From the NCBI GenBank assembly GCA_051294375.1, contig CM119268.1, positions 857,218 through 921,217 on the forward strand: a DNA stretch of 64,000 nt, in the 5' to 3' direction. The DNA is from Paraspadella gotoi (lineage: Eukaryota; Animalia; Chaetognatha). The notes under the pieces were generated by a model. The model ran no database searches and was not told the DNA's origin. It was given only the letters and a program-made list of their open reading frames with translations. Position numbers and translations under genes: made by a program. This document shows, piece by piece, positions 38,734-52,129 of this stretch; position 1 is the first letter of the stretch; the number at the start of each line of letters is the position of its first letter.

Positions 38734-40582
38734 CAGTTCATTAGGACGAGACCCACCTGTATCTACAGCCTGATCAGGGGATGTGGAAATGTTGTAATAT
38801 TTACAGTTTACTCATTGACGCATTACTTTATTTCTGTCTCTTCGTTCATAAACGTATATTTTTGTATTTCTGTATGTGTACCGTCTTATTTTTTTTTTCA
38901 ATCAAAGAGAGTTACTTAATACTCTTAGATGAAATGATAGTCAATCACTGAAGCGATGGCTCTTATTCATTAATGAATTCATTAGCTATGCATTACTTCG
39001 CTCAATGCTAGTAACGATCGTAGGGTTAAGCAGTTTCTAATATTTGTACTATGGGTTTGGGTGGAGCAGTTTAAGTGAGTGTTAGAGTTGAGAAATTTTT
39101 GTTAACAAAAATACTAATATTTTAACTACGGTTGAACACTGTTCAATGAACAGTTTATGTTTGCTTTATGGTTGAGAAGTTTTGGGTTAGGGTTAAGGAG
39201 TTGACAAAAATACTAATATTTAAACGACCATTTGCTATTAATATCTGTACGACGAAGGCAAGAGTTAGGGTTATATAGCTCATTTAATTAGGAGTCGTTG
39301 TATGGTGCTTTCGTTTTTTGATTTTTTAAATTTGGTTTTACCAATTTCATATCTTCTGCAATTACTCTTATCATGTTTGTTTTCTTTTTAATCTTATTTC
39401 TCTCATTTATTTTCTCATTTTCGCTAATCAAAAATGTAAACAAAAATTTAAAAAAAAACCAGAAAAAAGAAAAAAAATCATTTGGAGGGATTTTGATTTT
39501 GAAAAAAATACTAAAAAAATTAAAAAAACATATGCGAAAAAAAATAATTGAAAAGATAAGGCCAGATGATATTTACATATTTATAGTAACATATTTTGAT
39601 ATTTTTATGAAAACGTACAGTAATATACAGTATACAGTATACAAAATACAGTAATATACTAATGTGTACTTTTTCTTCAAAATATCCAAATATGTAAAAT
39701 AAGTGATAAGTCGAAAAGTTCGTTAAAAATGTTTAAAATTACGGAAATAATTAGCTTTGAATCCGATGACGCAAAATAGCGAAACTGCGTCGTCATTGTT
39801 TTATATCGCCTTAGCGTGGGCTCCGGGGCCAGGGGCGTCGTCGCCATCTCATCTCTCCCGCCATGACCCGGATGTCCTCACCCGGATCTGACTGAAAATG
39901 TGGGGGGCGGTTTAACGACTAAGTTATTATGATGAAATCAGAGCTTTAAAGAATTTAGAAAATACAAATTAAAACCAGTAATTAATTTCTAAAATACAAA
40001 TTAAAACTGAGAACTGTAATGTTATGTTATATTATGAAAGTTGTAAAATTACTTGTTTCATTATCATTTTTTTTAGATTTAAAAATATGTTATGTTGAGT
40101 AATCATTTTTCAAATTGTTAATGTTAATGTTCTTTGTTCGAAACTTATTGTAAACAAACTTGGATGTCACTTCAAAACCATGACTGAAATGATTAAATTA
40201 AATCTGGATTTCATTTTTGTTTTTTATTATTATTTTATTGTCAATCATTTTAATTACGTATAATTTTTTAGCATAGTCGTCGACCATGATTTTTTTGGCT
40301 CTTTTCCCTTTTTTAAAAGAGAGGGAGAGGGAGAGAAAGATAGAAAGCTAGACAGACATACGGACAAAGACAAAGACGAAATACCACTTAATTATAGCGA
40401 CAAAATCAATATGTACTTGCGACTGTCATTATTTAAATATTTTTGTTATGCCAATTCAATTATATATTCGCAGCCATTATGCAAGTGTCGTCCGCACAAA
40501 ACCTTAAGTCAAAACAAACAAAAAATATTATGCTGAACAAAATCCGAGTTTCCGTCGTCTCATTAAAGAATTGATGTCCGGA

Positions 40583-40590
40583 TATATAAG
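40583..40590 (+). promoter_or_regulatory. Candidate TATA box of the ENPP gene
   Basis: TATATAAG about 80 nt upstream of ATG 40663. Confidence 0.4.
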
Positions 40591-40662
40591 CGTGATGATG
40601 ATAATTCACAGACAAACATTATCTTAATCACTCAACTGAAAAAAAAAAACCATTCAAATAAG

Positions 40663-40865
40663 ATGCCTTTTAAAGGAATGTTCGTCGTAGTGTCCTTTTT
40701 GGCTACGATATTTTGCGTCGAAGCCACGGAAAGCTTTACAGGTAGTAAATTAATTGGCCACAGCATCCTGATTTATTATTATTATTATAATTATTATTAT
40801 AATTATTATTATAATTATTATCATTGTTATTACTGGTAGTAAATTAATTGGCCGCAGCATCCTGC

Positions 40866-40912
<47 letters not shown>

Positions 40913-43900
40913 AGGTAGTAAATTAATTGGCCACAGCATCCTGATTTATTATTAGCATATGAATAATAAATCCATTATTTACGATTCATATAATTTTAAA
41001 ATTTTTCACGATTTCATTTGTCCTGATCATTAATGATCTCAACGGAGCTAAACAAACCAATAGCCAATAGCCAATGGCCAAAAGGCATTCGCAATGGATC
41101 ACTGATCACCATTCTGCCTCCGTTGCATTGCAGGCTACCGTCAACTCTTTCTAGTTTCCTTCGACGGATTCTCCTATAAATTCCTGCAGGAATTCAAACA
41201 GTTTTACCCCAATTTCTTGCACATGGAGAAGAACGGTGCTTCTGTGTCAGGCAAGAGATTTTCATTGCATCCGACAATCAGGAAATCAGTCAAAACTTGT
41301 TCTTCTTCTTCTTTTTTTTTCTCTCTCTCTCTCGTTGTTCTTGTTGTTCTCTTGTTGTTTCGCAGCGCCGGGGAACATCCCCCCGTTCTTTTCCGACACC
41401 GGTCCAGGACATTTGACGGCGCTCACTGGTCTGCATCCGGAGAATCACGGCATCGTGGCAAATACATTTTACGATCCGGAATTTAAGGAAATTTATAAGT
41501 CAGTTGACCTACTTTTACTTTCGCCGACCGGGGTTAGGGAGGTGGTTAGGGTTAAGGGTAGTTTAGGGTTAAGGTATTTAAATAATTTCTTTTTGTTTGT
41601 AAATATTTTTTAAATGGTTTTCCAAAAGCCGCCAAAACCGTGGACGGCGAAAGTGAAATTTAGCCGTAATGGATTATGTACGTAAAAAAATAATTAAAAA
41701 AAGATTTTTAAATGACCGAGAGGAGAGAGAGTCGCCACGCCTCCCTGTGAGTGTGGATAAGCCTCACACTTAGTGTGCCCAGTGAGTCTGTGAGATTTTC
41801 CCGTCAGGTGCCTTGCCTTCCGGAACGACGGATCCGGCGTTAGGCTTGCTACCGGTGTTTTAACCGGCCCGACATTCTTCCTGCAAGGACTGTTCCGTCT
41901 CGGGCTAGAACCCGTGACCATTAGGTTCGGAGATTAAGCGTTAGCCCCGTGCGCTATTACGGCGCTGATGGAAGGAACAGCCGTATCCAACGGAGAGTGA
42001 TATTACATCACTACAATTTCTTTGTTTTTTTTTATTCGCTTTAAAAAGTTATGCTGAATTCGACAAAGTTCATTTAAAAACAAATAAAATAGTTTATTGA
42101 ATTAATTTATATTAATTACATTAATGGATTAAATGATTTATTAGCTTATTTACCGCGAACAACGAGACCAAGTGGTACTTGAGAGAACCGATTTGGTTCG
42201 ACATCGCGAGAAACAACCTCACCAGCGGCGTCATATATCCCTTGGGTAAGTTCCTAATAAGTAAATGTTGATACGTACTGCTTAATGTGGCTCAATTGCG
42301 GGCAGAAAGTTAAATATCAGACTTAATGGCGACAATGGTTAAGATGAAGCTGTGGACGCTTTCTTAGTCTGTCTCTCTCTCTCTCTCTTTCTCTCTCTCA
42401 GCTTCAGCCATTAACAACATTTTGCCCGGGCTCTCAGTTGGATCCCAATCATTGGATTACGAGGGCAAGATTGACCAAGCCTTGGATTGGTTGGAGCAAG
42501 GTGAGCTCATTGAGAGCAAGGTGGGCATTGATTTGGCTAATTGCTTGCCTGGAGGCGGGCATAAGACTTGCGTAATAAATCTTATCTCTTTAGGAACCAA
42601 CTTTGTCTTCTTACACTTCGACGTGCCCGATCGACTGGCTCACTTGTTCGGGGAGTATCTGAGCCTCGGAATTCAAATGGATTATTTCTTGGGTGAACAG
42701 TGAACAGAGTTGGATTCGATTGTAAAAATAAGTAAATTAGCCTTTAACGCCGAAGTGACAAATGTCTCCCAACTCAGGAAAGATCCTGAGCGGACTCTCC
42801 GATCGAAACCTCACCTCCAAAGTGAACCTGATCGTGTTCAGCGATCACGGGATGACGGATGTTCACCCGTCTCGATCCATTGATCTCTTCGACTACATTC
42901 GTCGAGAGTTAGTTTGTTAAATTAGTTTTAGACATCGCGATCGTCTGTAGTCTTGTTTAATATTGCATAAGAATATTGTCGTAATACTATTTATTAATTC
43001 TATATAAAATTTCTATCAAATCGTTGTTTCCATAAAATTAATTTTGGGCCGATAATTTTTGGGGGTAAAATTAATTTTTTTTTAGTTTTTTTTTAACATT
43101 GCCAATGGCATTGGGTGAGGCCATTTGTTCTTCCACCAATGAGAGAGCTAGATTCTATCTCTTGCAGATTCTTCTCACGTCGCCGATCAGATTCCTTTTT
43201 TCTTTCTTCCAATTCGACAATTTGCCCACCGAAAAAAAAAAATAATGATCCTGGAACGCTATTAACTATAAAAATTAAAACGAAATCGATTAGATCAAAC
43301 GTAATCCAAAAAACAAATTACCAAATTTTAATTGTAGAAAACTCCAGGTTTAAACCTCACCTTTCCAGCTCCGTTTTCCTCGTTACGTCCGAGGTCAACG
43401 CCAACATCTGGCCATCGCATCCCAACCTCACCGAGGAGATCTTCGCCAATCTAAGCGGCGCCCATCCGCACATGACCCTCTACCGGAAGGAGGACTTACC
43501 CGACAGATGTCACTGCAGGAACAGCAGGAGGATCGCGCCCATCGTCGTCATGGCCGACGAGGGTTGGTGAGTTAAGAGGCGAGGGTTAAGGGGGGAGGTT
43601 AAGGGGAGGTTAAGGGGAGATTAAGGGAGGTTAAGGGGGAGGTCGGGAAGATGAGAAAGAGGTGAGGAGAGAGGGGAGAGTAAAGGAGAGAGGGGAGCGA
43701 GGAGAGGAGAGAAGGGATAGGATAGGGGAGGAGAAAGAGGAGAGGGTTAAGGGGGAGGTTAAGGGGAGATTAAGGGAGGTTAAGGGGGAGGTCGGGAAGA
43801 GGAGAAAGAGGAGAGAGGGGAGAGTAAAGGAGAGATGGGAGCGAGGAGAGGAGAGAGGGAATAGGAGAGGGGAGGAGAAAGAGGAGAGGGGAGGGGAGAA

Positions 43901-45343
43901 GAGGGGAGGAAAGAGAGGAGAAGAGAGGAAAGGAGAGAAGAGGAAAGAAGAGAAAAGAATATAGTAGAGAAGACAAGAAAAGATAGAAAAGAAAAGTAAA
44001 AAAAAAGATTAAATCAAATGATGTGAAAGAGCGCAAAAAAAAAATATATATATATATTCAGCAATTTCTCTTATCATGTTTGTATTTATTTTATCATTTT
44101 CACTTAATGATCTACCAAATAAAACTCCTTCAAGCTCCCAATACGATAATACTAATTATCACCAACAATTTTTTATAATTAATAGAGAGAGGTTGGGGGA
44201 GAGGGAGTAGAGAGAGAGAGAGGTCGAAGGGAGGCGGTAACTCCGTTCCCGCTGACGCTATAAATGAATTTCTCTCTTTTTTCCCCGCGTTAGGATCATC
44301 AACAACACGCAAGGATACCCCTTGTACTTCAACCAGCCGTTGCTTGGCAACCACGGTTACGACAACATCCTTCCATCAATGAGAGGCATATTTCTGGCCC
44401 TCGGTTCGTCGTGACTCTTAATTTGCGTCATGCATTTGTCATTAAAGAATATTAAAAAGGGATCGGTCGATCCAATGTGTTGCGCCGCAGTGATTTTCTT
44501 CTTCCCCGTGATCACATGACTACACGACTATGAAATTTATGTATAACAAACGTCCTATGATCGATCACGACTCTGCCAAGTTTCTTTTCGAAAAACCCGA
44601 CATTACAAGAAATATGCTTCATTTACTTTGCGATCACGTGACCGTAATTTTGAGTGGTCACGTGACTATGCAAGAATGAAACGCGTGCACAAGTATTAAT
44701 TAAAATGATTCAGTATTTTGTGAATTATGCCGCATTGCTTTTTATCCCGTGTATTTCCGTGTATTTTTGACACGTACTGCATTGGATCCCTTTTTTATTA
44801 TTTTAAAGTTTATAAGAGATTTCTTTAAAAAACAAAAGGCTTAGAGTTGAGATTTTTTCCTATCATAATAAATGAGCAACCGACAATAAGCAAATTAAAA
44901 GCATTTTTAATATAAGTGGGACAGACCGACCGACCGAAAAGTGACTTACAGAGTTTCTCCGACGAGTACTCGCGGCGCAACTTAAAATTTAAATTTAAGA
45001 TATTAACGTATCGCTAGTTACTTCTCGAACCCTAACTCGAGTACATCTTAAATTTTCGCTTCATTTGTTCATCGCCTCACTCCCACCACCCCTCTACCTC
45101 CACCACCCCCCCACTGCCCCCATTTTAAAAGGCCCCGATATCCGGCCCGGGGTTGTCCTTCCCCCTTTCCCCTTCGAGAGCTACTACGTTCTGATGTGTC
45201 GTCTGCTTGGGATCGTCCCTTCTCCTCACGACGGATCGGAAGCTGACATCGAGTCGATCTTCGCCTCGCGATTCGATTCCTGCCAAACATTTTTGGGGAA
45301 TATCATGTGGTTCGGGGATCACTTGTTCAAACTCGTCTTTTGA
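40663..45343 (+). CDS. Nucleotide pyrophosphatase/phosphodiesterase (ENPP4/5/6/7-like) with signal peptide
   Basis: Exons 40663-40741, 41134-41250, 41366-41498, 42145-42245, 42402-42500, 42594-42692, 42778-42907, 43369-43566, 44294-44403, 45132-45343. Motifs LVSFDGF, T-x-P-x-H..TGLHPENHGIVANTFYDP, EPIW, PDRLAH, SDHGM, RIAPIVVMADEGW, GNHGYDN..MRGIFLALGP, LLGIVPSPHDGS. Confidence 0.92.
41513..41661. mobile_element. MITE copy (family of 10751-10901)
   Basis: TTTTACTTTCGCCGAC...GGCGAAAGTGAAATTT with GGTTAGGG repeats inside. Confidence 0.65.
41708..42015 (-). mobile_element. Solo LTR-like element (family D) with a tRNA-like module, in an ENPP intron
   Basis: The minus strand starts with the hairpin TGTAGTGATGTAATATCACT, then CATCAG and a tRNA-like segment (~41892-41965; A-box TAGCGCACGGGG, loop CTCCGAA, B-box GGTTCTAGCCC). 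Possible TSD ATTT (41704-41707, 42016-42019). Confidence 0.6.
44459..44986. mobile_element. DINE-1/HINE-like element, second copy
   Basis: GATCCAATGTGTTGCGCCGCAGTGATTT...TAAGTGGGACAGACCGACCGACCGAAAAGTGACTTA..GAGTACTCGCGGCGCAAC matches 15818-16110. Confidence 0.5.
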
Positions 45344-47740
45344 TTGGCTCATTTTTTTTTTATCTTCGTTCTTGTTTATTGTAATCTACATTTGTTGTAT
45401 GCTTAAATTTGTAATTATATGTATTCTATGTATATTCATTTTGCTCTTTGAATGGAAATTGTAAACTCGATATGATGAATTGTGAAACTTTTGTTTTTCG
45501 GACAAATGAAACTTGGTTTTTTTGGCGCCGAACGTCGCTGATAGTTACGGAAGATCAGTGTTCCATAAAAAAAAACAAAATAGCAATTCACAGAGTACAG
45601 TAATTTTTGCAATAGCTAAGGCTTAGTAAGAGTGCAAAAATAATAAATACATTATAATGCAAAATTTCTCTATCGTCAACGATGTTCCGCCTTAGTACGT
45701 ATGTTTTACTAATGATAATCTATTTTTTGATTTTACAGCAAGAAATGATTAATTTCTGGGCAAATATATACACTAGGGTGGAGTAATGAAAATATTTAGC
45801 AATTGAACAATTTTTTTTGCTGCTTTTGTATATGTAATTAAATATAATTTAGCCCTTAAAAAAATTACATAACATAATCATAAATTAAATTTTCTTTATA
45901 GTAATATCCTTATAAAATCATAAAATTCACCGGAAAAAACTTAAAAATTTTAATAAAATATGTTTATGATATTTTTAGGTTAAAGCTACAAAAAATGACT
46001 AAAACGTTTTATCATATAATAGTTTTTACGACAGAGCGCAAAAAAGTAAAGAATTTTGACCTTTTTTTCCATTTTTGATGCTGAAGATATTTTAATTTTT
46101 AATAACATATTTTATACTTCTGATCTAACCTTTCATGAAAAATCAGAATCTTTAATAAAAATATTTTCAAAAAATATTTTGAAAAAATTATTATTTTATA
46201 AGGATATTATTATAGATATATTGTAATTAATGATACTGTTCCCCAAACAATATGAGCAAAATATTTTTTGAAATCCTTAATTATACTATCTCACGTTTAA
46301 ATTTCCTTGTTCACTCAAATAAATTTTATGTTCCCCAGTGCTGAACTCTAATATGCACCCTTCCATTCTCTTAAACATTTCCAAAAATGACAGACACTTC
46401 TTTATTTTTTCTTTTTTTTTTCTTCGACGAAATATAAAATGAATTCACGACCAAAACAAAACAGATGAAATCTCTTTTTCATCTTATACAATATGATTTT
46501 TTTTAGTTTGTTACATTTCCTAACAGCATATCTATGCAATAAGGCGTAGTAAAATTTCTAAATTTAACTTTAATTAAAATTCTAAAAGTGAGGAACGAAC
46601 AACATTATACTAATGAACATTTATGTATAAACAAAATTTATAATAAATTTTACAATTTACGCAGTAGGCCATATTTATACTAGTACTAATCCAATAAATG
46701 TTAAAATTTCAAAACAGTTTTTTCTAAGATTTTTTTGCAGATTTGGATTCGTCATAAAAAGTTGTTAAAAAGAAATATAACTCTTTTTAAAAAATTCCTT
46801 CATTAAGTGTGTCAAAAATTAGAAAAAGCTATATTTTAAGCTGAAAATTAACTTTTTATATAATAAATATAGTTTTTGTAATTTTTAACCCACTTAATGA
46901 AAGAATTTTTAAAAATAATTTATATTTTCTTTTATCAACTTTTGACGAGGAATTCAAATCTGCAATCAAAATTAAGAAAAGCCTATTTTGAAATTTTTCG
47001 ATTTTATAAGGATAGTATTATATATAAATATAGCCTACTGCGAAAATTAAAAAACATAAAATTAATTTTTTTTATAAATTAATGTTCACTGATGGTATGT
47101 TGTTCATAATTGACTTTTAGAATCTTCGTATGTAACTTTCACTACGCCTTACTATGCAACCGTATAATTATAAAATTTTGATGATAGTCTGTTTTGAAGG
47201 TCTCGGTGTGGCATTTTCTATGATGTATAATATAACATATTTGTAATTATTATTATTATTTAAAAAGTTATTAAGCACCCCGAGCATAAAACAAATAGGA
47301 AATCTATACCACTTTGTAGAGCAGACAACATGCTAAATTTTGCATACTATACTTTTTAAATTTAACAAAGTTTAAATTGATTGTGACTTCGTGAAACATT
47401 AAAAGGAAAAAAAATCATAAATGGATAGACGAATTCAAATACCTTATTGGAGCAGAGAAGTTAATACTAAATAAATATTGTATGTGTAAAAAACTGATAT
47501 ATTTAGAAATGCCAGACGACCAGCAACAAAATGAGCGACAATTTAAACCTCATGGATGAAGGGATCTGAAGATATCTCCACAGAAAATGTTAAAAACGAG
47601 AAAAATCGTTCTGTATAATATGTGTACTTGTATAGTGCATATTAAATCCGCAAAACTTATTTTTCTAGTTTCGACTCTAATCACTTTTTCGCAATATTTT
47701 TTTCTCCCTGTCATCCCTGCCCGTCGGCGATGACGCCCTT

Positions 47741-47845
<105 letters not shown>

Positions 47846-49628
47846 TTTTGTTTTGATTGAGACGGACGATTCTCGCCTCTTAGCTCGAAACAATAAATCT
47901 AATGGAAAAAACATGTGACCCGGTTTTTGGCGGGATTGTTTGAAGAGCGGATAATAGCGCCCTCTCTATCTTTCTCTCATTCTCTCTCTCTCTCTCTGTC
48001 TCTCTGTCTCTCTCTTTTTTCCCTTTCTTTTTCTCTTTTTTTAGAATGAGTGAGGAAGAGAGAGAGAGAATGAAAAAAAGACAGAGTAAAAGAGAAAAGA
48101 GAAACAAAATCAAACAAACAATTTGAGAAAACAATACCAGCTAACCATCCTCTTTTCCCTCAAATTAAATATGTAATAATTAATTAATTAATTGAATAAC
48201 TTAATGACTAATTAATTAATTAATATTTTTTTAATTAATTAATCAGAGTTACAATTTATATAAAAATAAAAAAGCATAATCAATTTGTGAAACAGATTTT
48301 TTGTTTTTTCCATTCAAACTCATTTCCACTCGGAAGATTCCATCAAAACTTGATTTCCAGCTCAATCACACATTTCCTCACCCACACACAAAATTTCTAG
48401 TCAGTAGCCTCATCCATTCATGAGTATTTATCGTTAAAAGCTGAGAGAGGACCGTCGGACGGACGAATATAATTTTTTTTGGCATAATTTATCATAATTC
48501 TAAGTTCTGACACGATCTAAATGACTTACCGACAAGATTTTTGTGGTGGGACCGACGGACCGACAAAGTGAATCGTCGGGCCGGTATGTACTGTAAGCAG
48601 ATCCGACTAAAAACTTCCAAGAAACTCATCAAGAAAACTCGATTTGTTAATTCGTTTAGTATTTCCGTTTTATTTGGGGGGGGGGTTTGGTTGACGTCAT
48701 CAGTGAAGGTCACGTGATGTCGTGACTCCTCGACGACGACGACGAAGACGACGATTCACACGCGACTCTTTCGGGACGTTTGAACTTTGACCTCTATTAG
48801 AGGATGTCAACTCCGGTCCTTCCGTGGCGCGATTCGTTAGATCTAGAAGAAGCTGACGAGAAGGTCCAGCGTTCGTGGTGAGAAACGAGCGGATTGACGG
48901 ACGGTAGACCACGTGAGATCTTTAAAACGCATTCATTTGGAAATTACGACAAGATTATGACAATTTGATGCGTGAAAATCTTAAGACCCTGCTTTTCGAT
49001 TACCGCGCTCTAACCGGTTTAAATTGGTCGCCTCAATTTTATTTTTCACATTCAATTTCATAAAAACGTAAACTTTTAACTTTTATCGTAAAATATTCGT
49101 GGAAAAAATTCGGAAATTTTATGGCGACGGGGAATGAAACCTTGGCCGTGGGTCCAAGGCCAAAGCTTCGATCCAAAAAAGCGGGGGTTCGTCGGTAAAG
49201 AAAGCCTTGGACCAACGAGACATTGTCGGTCCGAGCCAATTAGTCAATCGTTAGCGAGCGAGGCGCCGAGAAAGTGTCGGTCCACGCCCAATTCCATTCC
49301 CAAGCCCAAAGTGTCGGTCCAAGCCCAATTCTTTCGGGTCAAATGTGTCGGTCAGCATTCAACCTCCGCCAATTTCGACCGCAACTCTGTCGGCTCAGCC
49401 TTTTTACCGACGCCGGTCACGTGACAGGAGAAGATGAACTCGATCGTCCTTGCGTGACGACGACGACGACGACGACGATGAAGCCGGCTGCGTTGATTAG
49501 TCCGCGAGGAGGAGCCAGGAGGCAGACGACTACGACGATGACAACGACGACGATGAAAAAGAACAACAACCGAAAGACAAAGAGAAAATTTGACGTCGCG
49601 AAGAATTGACGTTCGAATAGACGCCATA

Positions 49629-49740
49629 TGACGTGGTTTTGTGACGTAGTTGGCGATGGATTGACGTGGTTTTGTGACGTAGTTGGCGATGGATTGACGT
49701 GGTTTTGTGACGTAGTAAGCGATGGATTGACGTGGTGACG
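49629..49740 (+). repeat. 33-bp tandem repeat rich in TGACGT cores (mirrored at ~57540-57650)
   Basis: TGACGTGGTTTTGTGACGTAGTTGGCGATGGAT x~3.3. Confidence 0.9.
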
Positions 49741-50644
49741 CAATGAGAGACGGAATAGAGAGAAAAAATCTGAGAAAAACAATAAAAAGAAAAAAACGGA
49801 AATATAGAAAGAAAGAAAAAAGAAAGAAAGAAAGAAAGAAAAAAGAAGCAAATATATAAACACAAGAAACAAACAAAGAAATAAATAAGGAAAGAAATAG
49901 AGAAATTTAGAAAGAATAAAGTTGCAAAAGAAAAAAAAGAAAGAAAAACTCGGACAAGAATTTGAGGAAAGGACAGCTGTGAAAAAAGAAAACTGCTCTA
50001 GACAAGAGAAAGGCTTTTGATTAATTTCCATTTTCGCGAAATCATTCTCTCTCTTCATTCTTCAATCACGAAAAAAATCAATCTCGATTGTCAATATCAG
50101 TAATCGATCTTGATCATTCTGTAAATCAATGTAGATGGTAAAACAATGAACCAATCAATAAATCAGTCAAGAGGTCAATCGATTAATTAATCATACCATT
50201 AGTGATTAGAGAACTCTTTGCGCTGTTTCGCCAATTTTTTGCGTTTCTGCACCATTTTAAGAAAAAATAAAAAACGTAAAAAAAAATCAGACTAAAAATT
50301 TACAGTTACTTGAACTTGATTTAAACCCTAAATTTTATATTTGTTGTACCATTTTCGTATTCAACCCTAATGTTTGGCTCAATTTTAGACCGAAACCCTA
50401 AACCATTCCTCTTTCAACGTATATTCGTAAACTTTCAATGATAAATTTTCCAGTATCATCAATGATGATGATTCATCATCGAATCTCATTCTAGTTTCAT
50501 CAAAGCGTCAAACGCCTCATAAAAATCTCTTCTTTCTGGATTCGTTAAATAAAAAACAACAAACTACGGTCAACTAAACAGAATCACTGAATCACTCAAT
50601 CACTGAATCACTGAAGCGGCGCTGAATTGTTATGCAACAGATAA

Positions 50645-50707
<63 letters not shown>

Positions 50708-50899
50708 CGCAAAAAATCTCTTCTAATCTCACATTCCGATCGTTTTGCGCTCTCTGTCTCTATGTCTATCTCTCTCACTCTCCCTCTCCCACACACTCAC
50801 ACACTCGCTCTCTCTCTCTCCCAAAAAAATTCGTTCCCTCCGTCAAGGATCCCAGGATTTCATTATTTTTTTTCTCCTCAAAAATTCTTAGAATCTCTC

Positions 50900-50930
<31 letters not shown>

Positions 50931-51249
50931 TCCCCTTTCTCTCTATCGTTCTCCTCTTCCTCCTCCTCCTCTCCCTCCTCCTCCTCCCTCCTCCTCCTCT
51001 TACGATGAATCGATCACGATCATCTGTCTTCTCTTTCTCCTCCTCCTCTTCCTCTTCCTCTCTCCCGTCGATTGACTTTCTCTTCATATTTTCCTTCCAT
51101 TTCCTCCTCCTCCTCCTCCTCCTCCTCCTCCTCCTCCTTTCGAACCTTCTCTCCATCTTTGTCCATCATGGTTACTCTCCTTCGCTCTGGATGAATCAAA
51201 GGCACTATAAACAACAACCAGGCTCTCTCGCTCTCTTTCTCTCCCAGGC

Positions 51250-51326
<77 letters not shown>

Positions 51327-52129
51327 AGAATCTCTGAATGGTAAGCAAATCTTCGAGGGAAAAAGAACGACGACGACGACGACGACGACGACTGCTCTCA
51401 ACCACCCAACACAAGTTTATCATCGTTTCTCTTCCCTTTTTTCTGCCAAAAAAGTAAAAGCAGACGAATTTTTCGTTACACGTTATTTTTCTCTTCCTCT
51501 CGCTGGGGCGGGTGTTGTTGTTGTCGTCGACGTTGTTTTCGTTTTTTTTTGTTTCGTTATTTTGTTTTTTTTTTCTTCGGATTTTTTCTCGCGGAAATTT
51601 TTTTGCTCTTTGAGAACCTTACCTCAGTCTGGTTGACTCACCCGACAGCCGCGGATTTCGAAAATAAAAAGAAGAAAACAACAGGAATTTTTTTTTTGTT
51701 GCAAAAAAATGGACTGTTTCAATTGTCATGTATATCACTCGCTATTTAACTTTTAACCGTGAATAATTGAATAATTTTGAATTAAAAACGAAGCCGTTTT
51801 GCTTACGAACACATTTACCGAAATCTACCGGTGTTTTTTTTTTTTTTTAATTCGACCGATGAATCCCAATCAAAACTAGTTTCTTGATCCACATTTATTT
51901 TCCGATTAATTTTCTATTTCGTTTACATCAAATCGATGAAAAGAAAACTGACTCGCCACCCCGAAAAAAAAAAGCCGTAAGTCTCGCCACAAAGATACAA
52001 AAAAATGACATTGCCGTATTTGTCCTTTTTTTCCCATATTGCCACATTTTTTCTTTGTTTTTCCCAAAATTTAATTTTAACTTCAGTATTTAACATAAAT
52101 ATATTTATAAACTTTTTAACTTAATCCTA

